Of a stretch of DNA of 64,000 nt, positions 35,758 to 45,149 are shown one piece after another. Below the pieces are notes generated by a model that saw only the letters and a list, made by a program, of their open reading frames with translations, made no database searches and was not told where the DNA came from. How positions within the stretch are numbered: position 1 is the stretch's first letter; each line of letters begins with the position of its first letter. The DNA is from a virus: the IMG/VR virus record IMGVR_UViG_3300027659_000010; one strand, given 5' to 3'. The position numbers were made by a program, and so were the translations under genes.

Positions 35758-35842
35758 GTTCTATCTCCTTTAAAGTAAGATCTATTTGAGCACTATGCTC
35801 TATGAACTGCCCTTAACGGTACAATTCACAATTTTATTTATA

Positions 35843-36127
35843 TCAGATATTCTCTAAATTCTGAATATTTGACCATTTTTTAAGTTTTTCGATTTTAGCA
35901 GCCTGGGCTCGCTCAATATTGGTATATGACACAATATCCATGCTGTGCAGAATATCGATCATAGCCATCATATCGCCTAGCTCTTCTTCCAAGTGTTGCC
36001 TGTTAGTTTTAGGTTTACCTGGCTTGAAATTATCCAAACCGAAGCGGCTGATTTTGCTTACTGCTTGAATTACTTCTGCACATTCTTCTTGTAGAATGTC
36101 CATTACTTCTTTTGTCTGACTGTCCAT
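35843..36127 (-). CDS. MazG-like NTP pyrophosphohydrolase
   Basis: EECAEVIQA.SK...EEELGD. Confidence 0.75.
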   Translation of the reverse strand: MDSQTKEVMDILQEECAEVIQAVSKISRFGLDNFKPGKPKTNRQHLEEELGDMMAMIDILHSMDIVSYTNIERAQAAKIEKLKKWSNIQNLENI

Positions 36128-36130
36128 ATA

Positions 36131-36712
36131 TTACCTTTGATTTGCAAATGGTGCAATATAATTACCGTTGCTCATTGTACTGGTACGCAGAGCTTTATAG
36201 ACATTTTGTACTCCTACTGCTTGATTCCAAGCGTCTTCTAAGGCATGATGTTTCAGCACAGGAGGACGATTGGGATTGATACCTATGTCAAAGATAGTAC
36301 GTGTGTCGCGAACTTCCCAGAACTGCCAAGGAATAGCTTTGCCGATTTTACGGAAGTACCATTCTAGAATAGTAACGTCAAATCCTGCACCATGACTCCA
36401 TACACGTTTAGCACCCCAGCAAAATTTGTAAAGTTGTGCTATTGCATCTTCTACTGGGATTCTATTTGCGGGATCAAAGGCTTCGTCTTGCGCACTCTGA
36501 CTTTGCGAAGCCCACCAATCTAAGGTAGCCTGTGAAACTGTGGCTCCGATACGATCACAACTATCAACATCAACACGGACATAAAATTTCTCACATTTCT
36601 TTTCGTTCACGTCGTCACCGAACGGATCAAATTTGACTGCTCCGATGGTAAGGATTGTGGCTGAAGGGAGAACGTCAAGTGTTTCCAAGTCTATCATAAT
36701 ATCTGTTTGCAT
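36131..36712 (-). CDS. DEDDh 3'-5' exonuclease (DexA/RNase AS-like)
   Basis: MIDLETL, GAGFD, RDTRT, HHALEDA. Confidence 0.85.
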   Translation of the reverse strand: MQTDIMIDLETLDVLPSATILTIGAVKFDPFGDDVNEKKCEKFYVRVDVDSCDRIGATVSQATLDWWASQSQSAQDEAFDPANRIPVEDAIAQLYKFCWGAKRVWSHGAGFDVTILEWYFRKIGKAIPWQFWEVRDTRTIFDIGINPNRPPVLKHHALEDAWNQAVGVQNVYKALRTSTMSNGNYIAPFANQR

Positions 36713-36718
36713 ACAGTT

Positions 36719-36747
36719 ATTATACTACCTTTCTGACTCTAGGTCAA
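36719..36747 (-). promoter_or_regulatory. sigma70 promoter; predicted start site coincides with ATG 36712 (leaderless)
   Basis: TTGACC-17-TATAAT, 6 nt before ATG. Confidence 0.7.
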
Positions 36748-36750
36748 TGA

Positions 36751-36990
36751 TTAAAACAGTTTAGGAGGAAGTTGTTGATCGCGGAGTTTTTTACGCCAAC
36801 GTGCTTTGGCAGCACCTTTTTTGCGTTTGCGTTCAGTGGTTGGTTTTTCGTAGAATTCTTTAGCACGTAGAGTATCTAGTGTTCCTGCTTCATCTATTTT
36901 CTTTTTGAATCGGCGCAGAGCCTGATTTATATTCTCATTTTCTTTGACAGTAACACTGTTGCCTTTGAATGTGTTGTAGATTTTAGCCAT
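36751..36990 (-). CDS. rpsU: 30S ribosomal protein bS21
   Basis: [17 protein letters not shown]...[14 protein letters not shown]. Confidence 0.92.
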   Translation of the reverse strand: MAKIYNTFKGNSVTVKENENINQALRRFKKKIDEAGTLDTLRAKEFYEKPTTERKRKKGAAKARWRKKLRDQQLPPKLF

Positions 36991-37372
36991 GTGGTTTTGC
37001 AGTCTTCTCCAGTAATTTTAAAATGTCATCACTATTATATAGCACACGATCATTAACGATGTTTAAATCACGAAGATCGCCAAAATAATACGATCTCGGA
37101 TCAGCACTTATCCAACCGATTAACATTGAAGATTCTATATCGCAGTCAGCATTAAACAGTATTAAATCTGTCTTTGAAATCTTATCAAATAACCACAGTT
37201 TAGAATCTCCCTGATTCCACACGTAGTTGATTATAGTGTGGGGCAGTATGCTCTGCATCAGTGCCTGTGAAATTGTCTGAGACTGTGGCTGAGTGAGATT
37301 AATGTGTGCAATTCTAATACCGCTCTGCAGTATGTCGTCTGGAGCAGTTACTACCAGGATTTTATCTGTCAT
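36983..37372 (-). CDS. hypothetical protein
   Basis: coupled ORF. Confidence 0.65.
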   Translation of the reverse strand: MTDKILVVTAPDDILQSGIRIAHINLTQPQSQTISQALMQSILPHTIINYVWNQGDSKLWLFDKISKTDLILFNADCDIESSMLIGWISADPRSYYFGDLRDLNIVNDRVLYNSDDILKLLEKTAKPHG

Positions 37373-38865
37373 TTTTTGATTTCTTGTATTCTCTGCCAAA
37401 GAGTGCGCTCATTCTGTTCGGCGTTTTGTGTGTAGGTTTCTTTGATTTTTTTAATCTGATTACCCTGTTCGTCGTGTTCCATCCAGCTCACAGACGTATC
37501 TGGGTCGGCCTTTTCTTCAGCCCATTCTTTGGCCTTGGCTGATTCTTCTAGGTTGGGGTTTTCTTCTGCCCATTTTTTAGCTTCTGAGACTGCGTCTTGA
37601 AAGTCTGCCCGAGGTTTGAGATAGTCTTCCCATGGTAGATGATCTATGACTCCTTTTTCTAATAGGCGTCTTTGTAATTTAAGACTCATGTCAGGATGAT
37701 CATGTTTCCAGGCAGTCATAGCCTGCTTTTCATTCTGAGGAGCAGATTCTAATAATTTTTGATCTTCTTGTTCACGTTCTTCTGCTACAGCTCGCTCTGC
37801 TTCGGCGATCATTTGGTTCCATTCGTCAATGGGCTTCTTTTTGTCCGTATCAGCATCATCTTTCACATACGAAGCTTCTTGGACCTTGTCTTGATATTTT
37901 ATGTTTTCGAATAAATCCATTTGATTAGGATCAGTTCTCACAGGAAACGGCCAATATGGACTGGCCATTAGATGTGGGGGATCTATTCTTTCTGTCTCTT
38001 CCTCCTCTGAGTCAGATGAAAGTCGTGTATGGTCAATGTCTTCCCATACAACCTTTTCTTCTGGGAGGTTAGGCTCTTCCTCCTCTTGTTTACGGAACCA
38101 TTGGAAACTGTATTGGCTGGCTAATAGTAAAATCACAGCCAACGGATCAAATACCACTACGATGATAATTATCACCCAAGTAACTGCTTTTTCTAATACA
38201 TTGGCATCCGGGTTATCACCGTAGATAAATGCCGCAATGTATTTTATTGGCCCAACCTCTGCTTCAACTTTTCTGACTTCAGCCGCGATGGGCGCACGTT
38301 CTTGGCTAAGGGTGGCAATAGTTTTCTGTTCGGACGCAATCTCAGATTGAAGGCGGATGCGTTCTTTTTGCTGTGCTCTTCGGATCGCAACAGCCTTATC
38401 CGCACCTTTTTCATCACTGCTTCGACCCATAACTTGGTCCACAGCTTCATCCATCTGTCTAAGCGCCTTGCGGTTCGCATCTATATTATCCTTTGCTGTT
38501 CGAATCTTTTCATCGTAGATAGCAATCCTGCTCTGTACATCACCCGATACCAGACTTTGATCACTGTGGGCTTTTGATAAGAATCCAAAGATACCCATTG
38601 ATGTAATCAACATCAGAATGGCAATGGCGGCTAACAGATAGGCTCGAATAAAATACGGTGCTCGAGTCCAATTTTGTTTGAGCCAAACAGTGCCTGCTAG
38701 TTTGCTGATTTCTAGAGCCACGCCCATCACGATGATTGGGATAACTGCCGCAGAGAATATAGCTACTAGTCCAGCTACACTGTACCAAATAGCCACAGCA
38801 GACACAGTTAAACCGCTGAGTAAGGCCGACCAGGCAATGAATTTGTCGCTTGTATGTATTCTCAT
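37369..38865 (-). CDS. membrane-anchored coiled-coil protein
   Basis: 3 N-terminal TM helices, coiled coil, EVGPIKYIA, VFDPLA TM, acidic tail. Confidence 0.8.
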   Translation of the reverse strand: MRIHTSDKFIAWSALLSGLTVSAVAIWYSVAGLVAIFSAAVIPIIVMGVALEISKLAGTVWLKQNWTRAPYFIRAYLLAAIAILMLITSMGIFGFLSKAHSDQSLVSGDVQSRIAIYDEKIRTAKDNIDANRKALRQMDEAVDQVMGRSSDEKGADKAVAIRRAQQKERIRLQSEIASEQKTIATLSQERAPIAAEVRKVEAEVGPIKYIAAFIYGDNPDANVLEKAVTWVIIIIVVVFDPLAVILLLASQYSFQWFRKQEEEEPNLPEEKVVWEDIDHTRLSSDSEEEETERIDPPHLMASPYWPFPVRTDPNQMDLFENIKYQDKVQEASYVKDDADTDKKKPIDEWNQMIAEAERAVAEEREQEDQKLLESAPQNEKQAMTAWKHDHPDMSLKLQRRLLEKGVIDHLPWEDYLKPRADFQDAVSEAKKWAEENPNLEESAKAKEWAEEKADPDTSVSWMEHDEQGNQIKKIKETYTQNAEQNERTLWQRIQEIKK

Positions 38866-38875
38866 GAACTAGTAT

Positions 38876-39313
38876 TTAGTTGGACCATGTCCAGCGATTA
38901 TCTACGTCGTTAAAACACGCAGTGGCTCGCATGGTTTTTTCTACATTGTAGGCAATGGCCTGTACGTGCAATCTACGGCAGTAACCTGCACCGCTGGGCC
39001 ATGTAGCAGATGTCATAGCCATACCGCTGGCATCTTTCTTGTACCAACGCACTACTTCACCATTGTCTGCATACATCACTGCATGATGTATGGCCTGATT
39101 GTAAGCGGTCTTTTGTTCATCATCCAGAGTCTTGAACCAACCAAAAGTAAGGTCTGCCAATCTATTAGACCAAGCGGCAGAACTGTAGTTAAAGAATCTG
39201 GGATTCTCTAGATCATTGGCCAGTGACGGACTACTGGCCGTGAGTATCAACAATTTCCCAACTACCATCAGGCAGCTGGCAACTGAGCGCACGGTATTGA
39301 ACATCGGTTCCAC
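38876..39313 (-). CDS. exported surface-antigen-like protein (start uncertain, likely about 39268)
   Basis: A....DNGEV..W...G.CR....ACF...W resembles the 17-kDa antigen C-domain. Confidence 0.55.
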   Translation of the reverse strand: MEPMFNTVRSVASCLMVVGKLLILTASSPSLANDLENPRFFNYSSAAWSNRLADLTFGWFKTLDDEQKTAYNQAIHHAVMYADNGEVVRWYKKDASGMAMTSATWPSGAGYCRRLHVQAIAYNVEKTMRATACFNDVDNRWTWSN

Positions 39314-39554
39314 CTTTCTTCATCCATCCATTAAAGTATCCACAGTTAGAACCTATTCCAACTCTGGCCACTGTGAGTCGTTTGACTTGATCGTCTGAGC
39401 ATTCCACAGTGGTACGACTGTTCACCCGATCTCCATTTTGTGTGACAATGGTTTGATTAGTGTAACAGTACTGTGGTTTCTGTGCCTGTGTTTTTGGCAC
39501 AGAACCACAGCCTGCAAGTAGAGCCACTGCGGTGACAGCTATGATCAGTTTCAT
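39231..39554 (-). CDS. lipoprotein
   Basis: LAGC lipobox, CQLPDGSW. Confidence 0.75.
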   Translation of the reverse strand: MKLIIAVTAVALLAGCGSVPKTQAQKPQYCYTNQTIVTQNGDRVNSRTTVECSDDQVKRLTVARVGIGSNCGYFNGWMKKGGTDVQYRALSCQLPDGSWEIVDTHGQ

Positions 39555-40036
39555 TGGCGTGCCAATTTCTGCTCTTTGGCTTCAGCAATCAACTGATCAA
39601 ATACAGGCTTAGGCATTTTCAACCTTACAAAGGTGTAGTGACGACCCTGCATAGTGAAATGTCCCACTTCACGCTGTAGGTGCTCACGAATAGCAGTATC
39701 GCGTACTACATATGAGATCTTGGTGTAAGTGGATTTCTTGTCGTCTTTGAACTCAATTCGTGTTTCAGAATTCACTTCTGAATTAATGCGTTTGGCAAAG
39801 TTATTCATCGCAATGGCATACATCTGTTCTTCAGCGGCCTGTGCATGCATTGATTCACCTGCACCGCATGAATAAGCCATTTCTTTTGACCACCAAAACA
39901 ATCCTTCAGTGCCGGCCTGAGCACAACTCTGGTACCAACTGGGTTGAGCATAGGTCTTGCGATCCTCAATGCTCTTCATTGACGAACAACCAGAAATGGC
40001 TGCTGTTATCAAACCAATTGCGAGTGCTTTTTTCAT
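39551..40036 (-). CDS. lipoprotein (LPP20-like)
   Basis: ISGC lipobox, PSWY. Confidence 0.7.
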   Translation of the reverse strand: MKKALAIGLITAAISGCSSMKSIEDRKTYAQPSWYQSCAQAGTEGLFWWSKEMAYSCGAGESMHAQAAEEQMYAIAMNNFAKRINSEVNSETRIEFKDDKKSTYTKISYVVRDTAIREHLQREVGHFTMQGRHYTFVRLKMPKPVFDQLIAEAKEQKLARQ

Positions 40037-40070
40037 AAAAACCTTTCTGTGTGTGAATTAAAACAGTACA

Positions 40071-40099
40071 AGTATAGCACCATGGCTGATCAAAGTCAA
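40071..40099 (-). promoter_or_regulatory. sigma70-type promoter
   Basis: TTGACT-17-TATACT. Confidence 0.7.
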
Positions 40100-40116
40100 C
40101 CACGGTGTTTACCAAA

Positions 40117-40419
40117 TTACTTGAAGAAGATCAATGCCATCATCGCGGCCTGTACGATGAATCCCACTCCGATGGTCACGATATTCAGCATGTCTTTTTG
40201 GATAGCTGCTTTAACAAATAGCAGTGTGAGACCTGTCCAAACTAACAGCACCAAATCTACACCCGGTAATCTGTCTGTGAGCCCTGCCATCACTGCCAGC
40301 AGACTGGGTATCGTTGAGGCATGCAATACTATTGCTGCCAACCATCCAAATGTTTCTGCTGAAATCACAGAAATTTTAGTTTGAATGAATTCTTTCAGTT
40401 GATTGATATCTGTCATCAT
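40117..40419 (-). CDS. 3-TM membrane protein (PQ-loop/SemiSWEET-like or holin)
   Basis: three hydrophobic helices. Confidence 0.6.
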   Translation of the reverse strand: MMTDINQLKEFIQTKISVISAETFGWLAAIVLHASTIPSLLAVMAGLTDRLPGVDLVLLVWTGLTLLFVKAAIQKDMLNIVTIGVGFIVQAAMMALIFFK

Positions 40420-40970
40420 AGTTTAGCTTCCTTTGCTCGATAAAAAATGTGTTGACCTATTTGTCCAACTTTTGGTAAATTCCATCTTGGGTTAACATAG
40501 GTGGCATGATAATACAAAGCATCTTTGAGAACAGATAATCTAAATCCTTCCAAAAGAACTTTCTTGGCGACTTCATAGCTTTCATTGTAGGCCTCCTTGT
40601 TTATGGGACGATTTTTGTGTGTGGAATCGCAGTACCATGAGAACTGGCACACGACTCTTTCCATAACAACATTTTTTTGATACACGACTCCGCAGACATC
40701 CTTGCCAAATACACCAGCTTGAACACGGTTAAGAGTCACCTGAGCCACTGCTACTTTACCTTCGAACGGCTCATACCCTGCTTCTCGATAAATGTTAATA
40801 GCTAGACAATCCAATTGTTGCTCTCGGGTTTTAATTGAAACTACATCTCGACTGTAAAATCCATTTTTCTCTTTGAGATTTGCAAATTTAGTCGAGGTCA
40901 AAGTTTGAACCAACACAACTACTAGAATAAATCCTACAATGTAGGATATGGTACGAATTGACTTTTCCAT
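40416..40970 (-). CDS. SleB/Hydrolase_2 cell-wall hydrolase
   Basis: CLA.NIY.EA..E...GKVAVAQV.LNRV, CQFSW, YYHA.YV.P.W, IGQHIFY. Confidence 0.9.
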   Translation of the reverse strand: MEKSIRTISYIVGFILVVVLVQTLTSTKFANLKEKNGFYSRDVVSIKTREQQLDCLAINIYREAGYEPFEGKVAVAQVTLNRVQAGVFGKDVCGVVYQKNVVMERVVCQFSWYCDSTHKNRPINKEAYNESYEVAKKVLLEGFRLSVLKDALYYHATYVNPRWNLPKVGQIGQHIFYRAKEAKL

Positions 40971-41004
40971 AAGTCCTCCTTTCATTTGGTGTGCGATATT
41001 CTGC

Positions 41005-41215
41005 ACATTACATTAAGGGAGTTAACTTCACGAGGCTCTGAAAGAACCCTACTTTCGTGTAGTTGTCTCCATTGGACGCATGATCTCATAACTCATGTGC
41101 CTTTGGCGACCCTTGGCGTCCCGAAAATACGGGTTTCTCATTGGCCAAGACCCGCGGATCTGTTTCAGCTTTTGGCATACTTTGGATCTACTATCTCAGT
41201 TTCTTTGCGAAACGT
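41005..41215 (-). ncRNA. candidate cis-regulatory RNA with tandem CCAA-triad units
   Basis: six CCAA motifs spaced 10/31/28/10/31 nt; hairpins. Confidence 0.5.
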
Positions 41216-41260
41216 TTAATATATAGTCGATATCGTGAATTCATATACAAAAACCGGTGA

Positions 41261-41650
41261 TTATCGACGCATTTTGGATATATCCACAGCTTCTTCGTCT
41301 GAAAACACAGGTACCGCATTTGACTTGTGCATGGTAGCGATACCCTTGACCATTGTGCCAGTATATACTTTTGGTGCAGGCATTGTACAAGCACCTCCGG
41401 AAAATGGAAGGCTGGGTATTTTGGCAGCACTCGAACCTCGATATGATGCAGGCGGGGGGTTCCAGACTTCGCTGCTCATAGCACGTTTTCGCTTGCCTTC
41501 TGTCTGCTCTATACCCTGCCTTCTCAGAAGATCTTTCCAAGATTCGTCTAATTCACGGGCTTTTCTAGCATGTTCTGCCGATGCAAATTTTTTCTTGCCT
41601 CGTTTCTTGCCCGTGGTAGATAACCACGGACCTTCTAAGTGCATACTCAA
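41261..41650 (-). CDS. conserved basic phage protein
   Basis: KVYTG...GIATMHKSNAVPVF...A.DI..MRR. Confidence 0.75.
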   Translation of the reverse strand: MSMHLEGPWLSTTGKKRGKKKFASAEHARKARELDESWKDLLRRQGIEQTEGKRKRAMSSEVWNPPPASYRGSSAAKIPSLPFSGGACTMPAPKVYTGTMVKGIATMHKSNAVPVFSDEEAVDISKMRR

Positions 41651-41751
41651 AATTTATCTCCAAAAAAATTAAACTACTCTATGAGTTTAACACCTCTACA
41701 AAAAAAGTCAAGAAAAATCCCACCAAAGTGGGATAAAATCAAAAAGGATTG

Positions 41752-42585
41752 TTAAAGACCCATTTCTTTTCGAATTTTTGTTGCCGAAATATCAGTGATT
41801 GACAAATCAAATGTTTCTTGTTCGATTTTATAACCAACATCACGACCATAAGTGATATTGACGATATTAGGAACAACCTGTATTTCATATTGTCCTTGAT
41901 AAATGGGGTCTAGATCTCTTTTTATGTATTGCATTACCTGATCCAGAGCAAAAGGATTAGTGCCTTGCCAGCCCTGGCAATCACGTATTTGTATAACAAC
42001 TTGTCCTGTTTTCGCTATAGCACGTTCAAACAGCGCCCGATGGCCTGCATGCCAAGGTTGCCATCTACCTAGCATTTGAACAGTTTCTTGCCGCCAATTA
42101 AACACAGGTCTTCGACGATTTTCTAAAATATGTTCGCCTACAAACTCTGCCCACTTCTCACTATTTTGTTCTGTAATGCGGAAGTCATAAACTTCGGGTG
42201 GCACAAACATTTTATTTGTGTCTTCAAAACGCCCTTTATCTATAGTATCCATCCAAATAGTCCAATCCGCTTTGTAGTTGTTTCGCATTTCTACCAATGG
42301 GGCCACGAAATCCACAATACAATAATCAGTATCGGCTTTGTCTGCCAAATCTCTCATGCGTTGGCTTTGTCTAATCCGGCCATCTAAACTGAAGTCCCAG
42401 TCATTGAACTGTCTGCGAACTTCATCAGCATTTAGCCATCTCACTGTAACCATCGAGTCATTTAAGGGGCGTAATGAATTTTCATTTATAGGTTTAAAAT
42501 TATTTTCTAAATATTTTTTTAGTTGCTTGGCAAGATATGTTTTCCCTGAACCAGGTAATCCCATTATCAAAATTCTTTTAGTCAT
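41752..42585 (-). CDS. APS-kinase-like P-loop domain fused to HxGH nucleotidyltransferase
   Basis: GLPGSGKT, LNADEVR..DFS..GR; GRWQPWHAGH, ISATKIR. Confidence 0.8.
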   Translation of the reverse strand: MTKRILIMGLPGSGKTYLAKQLKKYLENNFKPINENSLRPLNDSMVTVRWLNADEVRRQFNDWDFSLDGRIRQSQRMRDLADKADTDYCIVDFVAPLVEMRNNYKADWTIWMDTIDKGRFEDTNKMFVPPEVYDFRITEQNSEKWAEFVGEHILENRRRPVFNWRQETVQMLGRWQPWHAGHRALFERAIAKTGQVVIQIRDCQGWQGTNPFALDQVMQYIKRDLDPIYQGQYEIQVVPNIVNITYGRDVGYKIEQETFDLSITDISATKIRKEMGL

Positions 42586-43163
42586 AATTTATATTTTTCC
42601 TTTTCTGTAGTGAACCGATAATTGATTTGCAGTTCTTGTACCCAATCTAACACTTCTTTTTTGTTAATGACTTTGTCCCAGACCGGTCCGTATCCAATGT
42701 AATGCTTATCAGAATCAGATGCCCAATCATCGAATCCTAAGATCTGTCCGGTTCCGTGCCAATCAGTAATTATATCTTCGTAGATTAACCAATGTATATT
42801 TTTAAATTTCGGCCATTCTTTGATATTAAAAATTCTTTCATGGAAAAATAAAATACCATGTGCAAACGTAAAGAAATATGTTCTTGGAATAACAAATGGT
42901 TCTAGAGCGATATCTTTAAATTTATGGGTTTGTTTAGTAAGCATTATTGTGTAGAAACTCAATACCTGCGCTAACATGTCTTTTCTCGTACAAATTACCA
43001 CAGTCCACTGTTCTGGCTGTTCTTGAATTTCGGGCCATATCATAGGCATTTCTAAATTTTCTACGATTCTCGGTGTGCCTAATTTATCTAATGAGTTTTC
43101 AATATGAGCTTTCAGACTATTGCTGGCTGATCTTCCAGGGCTAACTACAATATATTTTTGCAT
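42582..43163 (-). CDS. sulfotransferase-like protein
   Basis: SPGRSASNSL, RKD..AQVLS, YEDI. Confidence 0.55.
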   Translation of the reverse strand: MQKYIVVSPGRSASNSLKAHIENSLDKLGTPRIVENLEMPMIWPEIQEQPEQWTVVICTRKDMLAQVLSFYTIMLTKQTHKFKDIALEPFVIPRTYFFTFAHGILFFHERIFNIKEWPKFKNIHWLIYEDIITDWHGTGQILGFDDWASDSDKHYIGYGPVWDKVINKKEVLDWVQELQINYRFTTEKEKYKL

Positions 43164-43241
43164 ATAAATTCCAAAATAGAAACAATAATAGGTAAGTCTT
43201 ATCTTGTCTAATATATATACCGAAAAGATAAGATAGGTAAG

Positions 43242-43266
43242 AAAAAGCGGCTTATCGCCGCTTTTT
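43242..43266. terminator. intrinsic terminator after pqqA
   Basis: AAAAAGCGGC-ttatc-GCCGCTTTTT. Confidence 0.8.
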
Positions 43267-43279
43267 CAATGTTACAAAA

Positions 43280-43351
43280 TTATCTATTCATAACATACAT
43301 AGTGATTTCAAAACCAAAACGCATGTCAGTTGCTGTTGGTGTGGTCCACAT
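43280..43351 (-). CDS. pqqA: pyrroloquinoline quinone precursor peptide PqqA
   Basis: MWTTPTATDMRFGFEITMYVMNR; W..P...D.R.GFE.T.Y with ExxxY core; AAGGAGG SD; own terminator. Confidence 0.92.
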   Translation of the reverse strand: MWTTPTATDMRFGFEITMYVMNR

Positions 43352-43475
43352 AATATCCTCCTTTGTTGATAAATTACATACTGTATTGTGCTAGTATGTA
43401 TCACTATTATATGACAGATTCGCCACAGAACACATAGTTAATATCATTAAATAACCGTAGCAAATATCATTATGG

Positions 43476-43889
43476 TCATTTGGTTTTCTCAGCCAACTCT
43501 CGATATCCGCGACCTGTGGGATGTATGCCGTCGGCGCTCATGTGTGCTTTTGGTCTTGACAAAATCGTATCACCGTATTCTTTGGCCAACATAACTATAG
43601 CATCATGTACCAGAGGTTTTCTATCACGACCAGGATCGATCCAAAATACCCTATCAGCGGCAATATTTTTACGCATGTTCTGCAATTCCCAAATACTTCT
43701 CACACCAGCATGATCATTAGCACCTAGGCTGATAATCACGGTCTTGGCAGGACTCTTGCTGACTTTGGCAAGATAATCTCTGTTCCACTGCTGAGAGTTC
43801 CAACCTCCTCGGGCATAGCTCACACACTCAGGCCTTGCCTGTGCTGTTCCAACTGCGATGCTGTCTCCAATAATCAAGCACTCTAGCAT
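43476..43889 (-). CDS. SGNH/GDSL hydrolase
   Basis: IGDSIA, LGAND, DGIHP. Confidence 0.85.
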   Translation of the reverse strand: MLECLIIGDSIAVGTAQARPECVSYARGGWNSQQWNRDYLAKVSKSPAKTVIISLGANDHAGVRSIWELQNMRKNIAADRVFWIDPGRDRKPLVHDAIVMLAKEYGDTILSRPKAHMSADGIHPTGRGYRELAEKTK

Positions 43890-43892
43890 AGG

Positions 43893-44330
43893 TTATTGAT
43901 TGGCTTTATGTGCCTGCAGGGCTTTGGTGAAACGGTTAGCATGACTGCGTTCTGCTTTGGCCAAGGTCTCAAACCAATCAGCGATTTCGTCCAGTCCTTC
44001 ATCACGAGCAGTTTTAGCCATACCTGGGTACATGTCTGTGTATTCGTGTGTTTCACCATGTATAGCTGATTCTAGTGCTTCTGCTGTGGTTTTGGCTGCC
44101 ATGCCTGTGGCAGGATCTCCCGAACCACCATCGATCAGGTATTCCATATGACCATGTGCATGGCCTGTTTCACCTTCGGCTGTGCTACGGAACAGTGCAG
44201 AGATATCGTTGTCTCCGGCCACATCAGCCATGTTTGCGAAATATAGATATCGGCGATTGGCCTGTGACTCGCCCGCGAAAGCTGCTTTTAGATTTTCTTC
44301 GGTACGTGTACCTTTTACAGTTTGTGACAT
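43893..44330 (-). CDS. rubrerythrin (short ferritin-like form)
   Basis: [38 protein letters not shown]. Confidence 0.92.
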   Translation of the reverse strand: MSQTVKGTRTEENLKAAFAGESQANRRYLYFANMADVAGDNDISALFRSTAEGETGHAHGHMEYLIDGGSGDPATGMAAKTTAEALESAIHGETHEYTDMYPGMAKTARDEGLDEIADWFETLAKAERSHANRFTKALQAHKANQ

Positions 44331-44449
44331 AGGGTCTCCTTGTTTGTCAATGTATGTGTATATTATATATCCTATTGAAATAGGCAATCAATAGTTTTTT
44401 TGTGAATATTTTTTTATGAAGCTAATAGATTTTTTCAATATCAAAAAAG

Positions 44450-44471
44450 AAAGGAGCCGAAGCTCCTTTTT
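44450..44471. terminator. intrinsic terminator
   Basis: AAAGGAGC-cgaa-GCTCCTTT. Confidence 0.75.
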
Positions 44472-44488
44472 ATGTGCTAATCTCTAGA

Positions 44489-45046
44489 TTAGAACTTGAA
44501 ACCAACGCTGATATTAGTAGCATTGTAATCGCTGTCACCACGAACACTGTCGTAGCCTAGGCCAACGAAATAATTCTTACTTAGAGCGTGCTCTGCACTC
44601 AGGCGATATGTGCGTGTGGTGTCAGCATTGACGCTGTCCATTGCTGCACGATAACGGTAACCTGCTTTAACTGAAAGCGATGGAGTTACAGCATACTTGA
44701 TGCCTGGCTCTACACTGTAGTAGCTGTAGTTAGTTGCAGTCTTGAACTTCTCACCAACACCTGCACGACCGTACACGCTGAGACCAGTTGCACCGACTGG
44801 CTGTGTAGCTGTTAGACCGGCTTCTAAACGTGTGTCGCTGAGATTGTTACTGTTGTCAGTCTTTTGACGCAAGCTGAAATCAGCTTTGAACATTTGGTTA
44901 ATGTCTGTGCCCATGGTAACTTTAGTTGCGCGAGCATCTGCGGTACTATCTACCCCATCACGGCTGCTATACTCAACAGCACCAAACCCGCCAGCAAAGG
45001 CAGTACTTGCGGCGCTCAAAGCGGCCACTACGATAAACTTCTTCAT
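44489..45046 (-). CDS. outer-membrane beta-barrel protein
   Basis: signal peptide, amphipathic strands, C-terminal GFKF. Confidence 0.8.
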   Translation of the reverse strand: MKKFIVVAALSAASTAFAGGFGAVEYSSRDGVDSTADARATKVTMGTDINQMFKADFSLRQKTDNSNNLSDTRLEAGLTATQPVGATGLSVYGRAGVGEKFKTATNYSYYSVEPGIKYAVTPSLSVKAGYRYRAAMDSVNADTTRTYRLSAEHALSKNYFVGLGYDSVRGDSDYNATNISVGFKF

Positions 45047-45120
45047 TGATATTTCCTTTTAAAAGTAAATGACTTGTATGTCAATGTTTAGTATATAGTA
45101 TTTCTGCTATGCATGTCAAG

Positions 45121-45147
45121 AAAAAGCGGCTACGAATAGCCGCTTTT
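45121..45147. terminator. intrinsic terminator after tmRNA
   Basis: AAAAGCGGCTA-cgaa-TAGCCGCTTTT. Confidence 0.8.
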
Positions 45148-45149
45148 GG

